Below are positions 61,532 through 64,000 of a stretch of DNA of 64,000 nt, in pieces. Within the stretch, counting starts at the first letter, position 1. Every line of letters starts with the position of its first letter. The stretch lies in the NCBI GenBank assembly GCA_902791865.1, contig CADAXK010000015.1, positions 21,944 through 85,943 of the forward strand. The letters run 5' to 3'. The notes below the pieces were generated by a model that searched no databases, was not told the origin of the DNA, and was given only the letters and a program-made list of their open reading frames with translations. This DNA comes from an uncultured Bacteroidia bacterium (GTDB lineage Bacteria; Bacteroidota; Bacteroidia; Bacteroidales; ML635J-15). The position numbers were made by a program, and so were the translations under genes.

Positions 61532-62284
61532 TTATTCTCCGAGCTGTTCCTTAATCCATCCGTAACCTTTTTCTTCGAGTTCGAGAGCCAGTTCCTTGCC
61601 GGCGGTCTTCACGATGCGTCCGTTGTAGAGGATATGAACCACATCGGGGACGATAAAGTCTAGAAGCCTCTGGTAGTGGGTGATAACTATGCACGATGTC
61701 TCAGGAGTTTTGAGCTTGTTTACTCCGTTAGCAACTATTCTGAGAGCATCGATGTCAAGACCAGAGTCTGTTTCATCGAGAATCGACAGGCAGGGACGGA
61801 GCATTGCCATCTGAAAGATTTCGTTGCGCTTCTTTTCACCGCCCGAGAATCCCACATTCACCTGACGGTTTGCAAGGTCGTCCTTCAGTTCGACGAACTC
61901 TTTCATTTCGCGGGTGTATTTCAGGAATTCCGAAGCGGTCAGTTCGGGCAGTCCGCGGTATTTACGCTGCTCGTTGATGGCTGTCTTCATGAAGTTTATC
62001 ATGCTTACGCCTGGAATTTCGACCGGATACTGGAAGCTAAGGAAAATGCCTTCCTTGGCGCGTTGTTCTACGCTCATTTCGAGCAGGTTGCGACCTTTGA
62101 AGATAACCTCGCCTTCGGTAACCTTGTAGTTTTCGTTGCCAGTGAGCACAGCCGACAAGGTCGATTTTCCAGAGCCGTTAGGTCCCATTATGGCGTGGAC
62201 TTCGCCGGCCTTTATTTCGAGGTTTATGCCTTTGAGTATTTCTTTGCCGTTGATTTCGGCGTGTAGGTTCTTTATAGTTAGCAT
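61532..62284 (-). CDS. sufC: Fe-S assembly ATPase SufC
   Basis: GPNGSGKS, FQYPVEIPG, GFSGGEKKRNE, LDETDSGLDID. Confidence 0.98.
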   Translation of the reverse strand: MLTIKNLHAEINGKEILKGINLEIKAGEVHAIMGPNGSGKSTLSAVLTGNENYKVTEGEVIFKGRNLLEMSVEQRAKEGIFLSFQYPVEIPGVSMINFMKTAINEQRKYRGLPELTASEFLKYTREMKEFVELKDDLANRQVNVGFSGGEKKRNEIFQMAMLRPCLSILDETDSGLDIDALRIVANGVNKLKTPETSCIVITHYQRLLDFIVPDVVHILYNGRIVKTAGKELALELEEKGYGWIKEQLGE

Positions 62285-62874
62285 AGTGATATGATTTTTT
62301 GCATTTTTTTAGTTTGGGACAATGCATGCATCGTCCTTGCATGATATGTGGGGGTAGTCTGTGACGATGCGCGCATCGTCCTTACCTCTATTGATTTGCG
62401 GATTCCGTGAGGATAGTAGTCCTTGGTATCGTCGAAGATTGCTATGGCCTCCGACCTGATTTCGGGGTATTGCTCTCCGATTTTCATGAGCATGTCGTAG
62501 GCGGCTGAGCGGACTGATGCCTGTAGCTTGTTGTCCTTTATGCTGTCGAAGCAGAAGTCCATAACATCGCAGCTTTGTCTTTCGTCGAGTTGCAGGTGCG
62601 AGAGTATCTTCAGCGTTTCGCGACGGTGTCCTGGCTTTGCGATGTTGGGCAGGTTGTCGATGAGCATTTGTGCGTAGGGCTGTATGTCGGCGGCTTTTCG
62701 TTCTGCATATTTGCACAGAACCCAACTTGCCCGCCACGAGAAAGGCTCGTTTTCGAGCGAAAAGGCGACAAAACTACCAATCAGCTGCCTGTTTGCCAGC
62801 AGGTAGTTGGTCGTAGTCTTCACATCGAAGTACTTGACTGTAAGGAGTGGTAGTATGTCGTTTTGTTTTTCCAT
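62278..62874 (-). CDS. Hypothetical alpha-helical (HEAT-like) protein between sufB and sufC; C-terminus encoded by REP copies
   Basis: WRASWVL motif; tail VRTMRASSQ...ARTMHALSQ overlaps palindromes at 62317-62385. Confidence 0.7.
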   Translation of the reverse strand: MEKQNDILPLLTVKYFDVKTTTNYLLANRQLIGSFVAFSLENEPFSWRASWVLCKYAERKAADIQPYAQMLIDNLPNIAKPGHRRETLKILSHLQLDERQSCDVMDFCFDSIKDNKLQASVRSAAYDMLMKIGEQYPEIRSEAIAIFDDTKDYYPHGIRKSIEVRTMRASSQTTPTYHARTMHALSQTKKMQKIISLC

Positions 62875-62888
62875 TGTTTTTGTATCTA

Positions 62889-62933
62889 TGACGATGCGTG
62901 CATTTTTTGTGACGATGCATGCATCGTCCTTAC
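62889..62933. repeat. REP-like palindrome plus half copy after the sufB stop
   Basis: TGACGATGCGTGCAT; TGACGATGCATGCATCGTCCTTAC. Confidence 0.8.
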
Positions 62934-62936
62934 GGT

Positions 62937-64000
62937 TTATCCGACACTACCCTCCAAGCTTATTTGCAGCAGTTTCTGGGCTTCGACGGCGAACTCCATC
63001 GGCAGACGGCTGATGACTTCCTTGGCGTAGCCGTTTACAATCAGTCCGATGGCGGTTTCGGTTGAGATGCCACGCTGGTTGCAGTAGAAAATTTGGTCTT
63101 CGCTGATTTTCGATGTAGTAGCTTCGTGTTCGACCACTGCCGTTTCGTTGTTCACATCGAGGGTGGGGAATGTGTGAGCTCCGCACTTGTCGCCCATTAG
63201 CAGCGAGTCGCACTGCGAGAAGTTTCTGGCGTTGTCGGCGTTCTTGCCTATCATTACCATACCGCGGTACGAGTTTTGGCTGCGTCCTGCCGAGATACCT
63301 TTAGATACTATTGTGCTGCTGGTATTCTTGCCGATGTGAATCATCTTCGAGCCAGTGTCTGCCTGCTGGAAGTTGTTGGTAACGGCTACCGAGTAGAATT
63401 CCGAAACCGAATTGTCGCCCTTAAGCACTGTGCTCGGGTATTTCCAAGTGATTGCCGAACCGGTTTCTACCTGTGCCCAGCTAATCTTTGAGTTCTTTCC
63501 GTTGCAAAGTCCGCGCTTGGTGACGAAGTTGTATATGCCGCCTTTGCCTTCCTTGTTGCCTGGGTACCAGTTCTGTACGGTCGAGTATTTGACTTCGGCA
63601 TCGTTTTCGGCAATAATTTCCACTATTGCAGCGTGCAACTGGTTTTCGTCGCGCTGTGGTGCGGTGCAGCCTTCCATATAGCTAACATACGCGCCTTCGT
63701 CGGCGACTATCAATGTGCGTTCAAACTGACCGGTGTTGCTTGCGTTTATGCGGAAGTAGGTCGAAAGTTCAATAGGGCAGCGCACACCCTTTGGAATGTA
63801 GCAGAACGAACCGTCGCTGAACACCGCAGAGTTGAGGGCTGCAAAATAGTTGTCGCCCGAAGGTACTACCTTACCCATGTACTTGCGAACGAGGTCGGGG
63901 TGGTTTTTCACAGCCTCGCTGAACGAGCAGAAGATGATTCCATCTTCGGCAAGTCGTTCCTGGAAGGTCGTTTTCACCGAAACGCTGTCCATAACCGCAT
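62937..64000 (-). CDS. sufB: Fe-S assembly protein SufB (5' end outside window)
   Basis: [42 protein letters not shown] end. Confidence 0.98.
   Translation of the reverse strand, partial: AVMDSVSVKTTFQERLAEDGIIFCSFSEAVKNHPDLVRKYMGKVVPSGDNYFAALNSAVFSDGSFCYIPKGVRCPIELSTYFRINASNTGQFERTLIVADEGAYVSYMEGCTAPQRDENQLHAAIVEIIAENDAEVKYSTVQNWYPGNKEGKGGIYNFVTKRGLCNGKNSKISWAQVETGSAITWKYPSTVLKGDNSVSEFYSVAVTNNFQQADTGSKMIHIGKNTSSTIVSKGISAGRSQNSYRGMVMIGKNADNARNFSQCDSLLMGDKCGAHTFPTLDVNNETAVVEHEATTSKISEDQIFYCNQRGISTETAIGLIVNGYAKEVISRLPMEFAVEAQKLLQISLEGSVG

Overview
Chromosomal window from a Bacteroidota (Bacteroidales-like) genome. The assignment rests on TAnnTTTG promoters, the type IX secretion protein PorZ, a T9SS cargo protein, TonB/lipoprotein loci and a standalone atpD-atpC pair. 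Housekeeping genes include mazG, rsmG, tRNA-Leu(CAA), atpDC, recO, rdgB, rseP, pepD and sufB/C/D. Accessory content: (1) a Y1/HUH (RAYT-like) transposase with an extra DprA/SLOG-like C-terminal domain and REP-like hairpins inside its own ORF; (2) two tandem giant exported TPR-CHAT proteases; (3) an AAA+/PD-(D/E)xK gene bracketed by an exact 34-bp direct repeat and preceded by 33-bp-period boxes; (4) a Fic gene with 25-bp-period boxes; (5) a divergent TonB receptor / T9SS protein / ABC locus whose two promoters share a 32-bp-spaced box pair. The most unusual signal is non-coding. Many intergenic spacers are mosaics of a few reusable modules: phased 8-mer arrays, 7-mer arrays starting at stop codons, GC mini-hairpins and 28-bp REP-like palindromes. 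No CRISPR array, integrase, prophage, rRNA or reverse transcriptase was seen. Family assignments come from motif recognition, not database searches.
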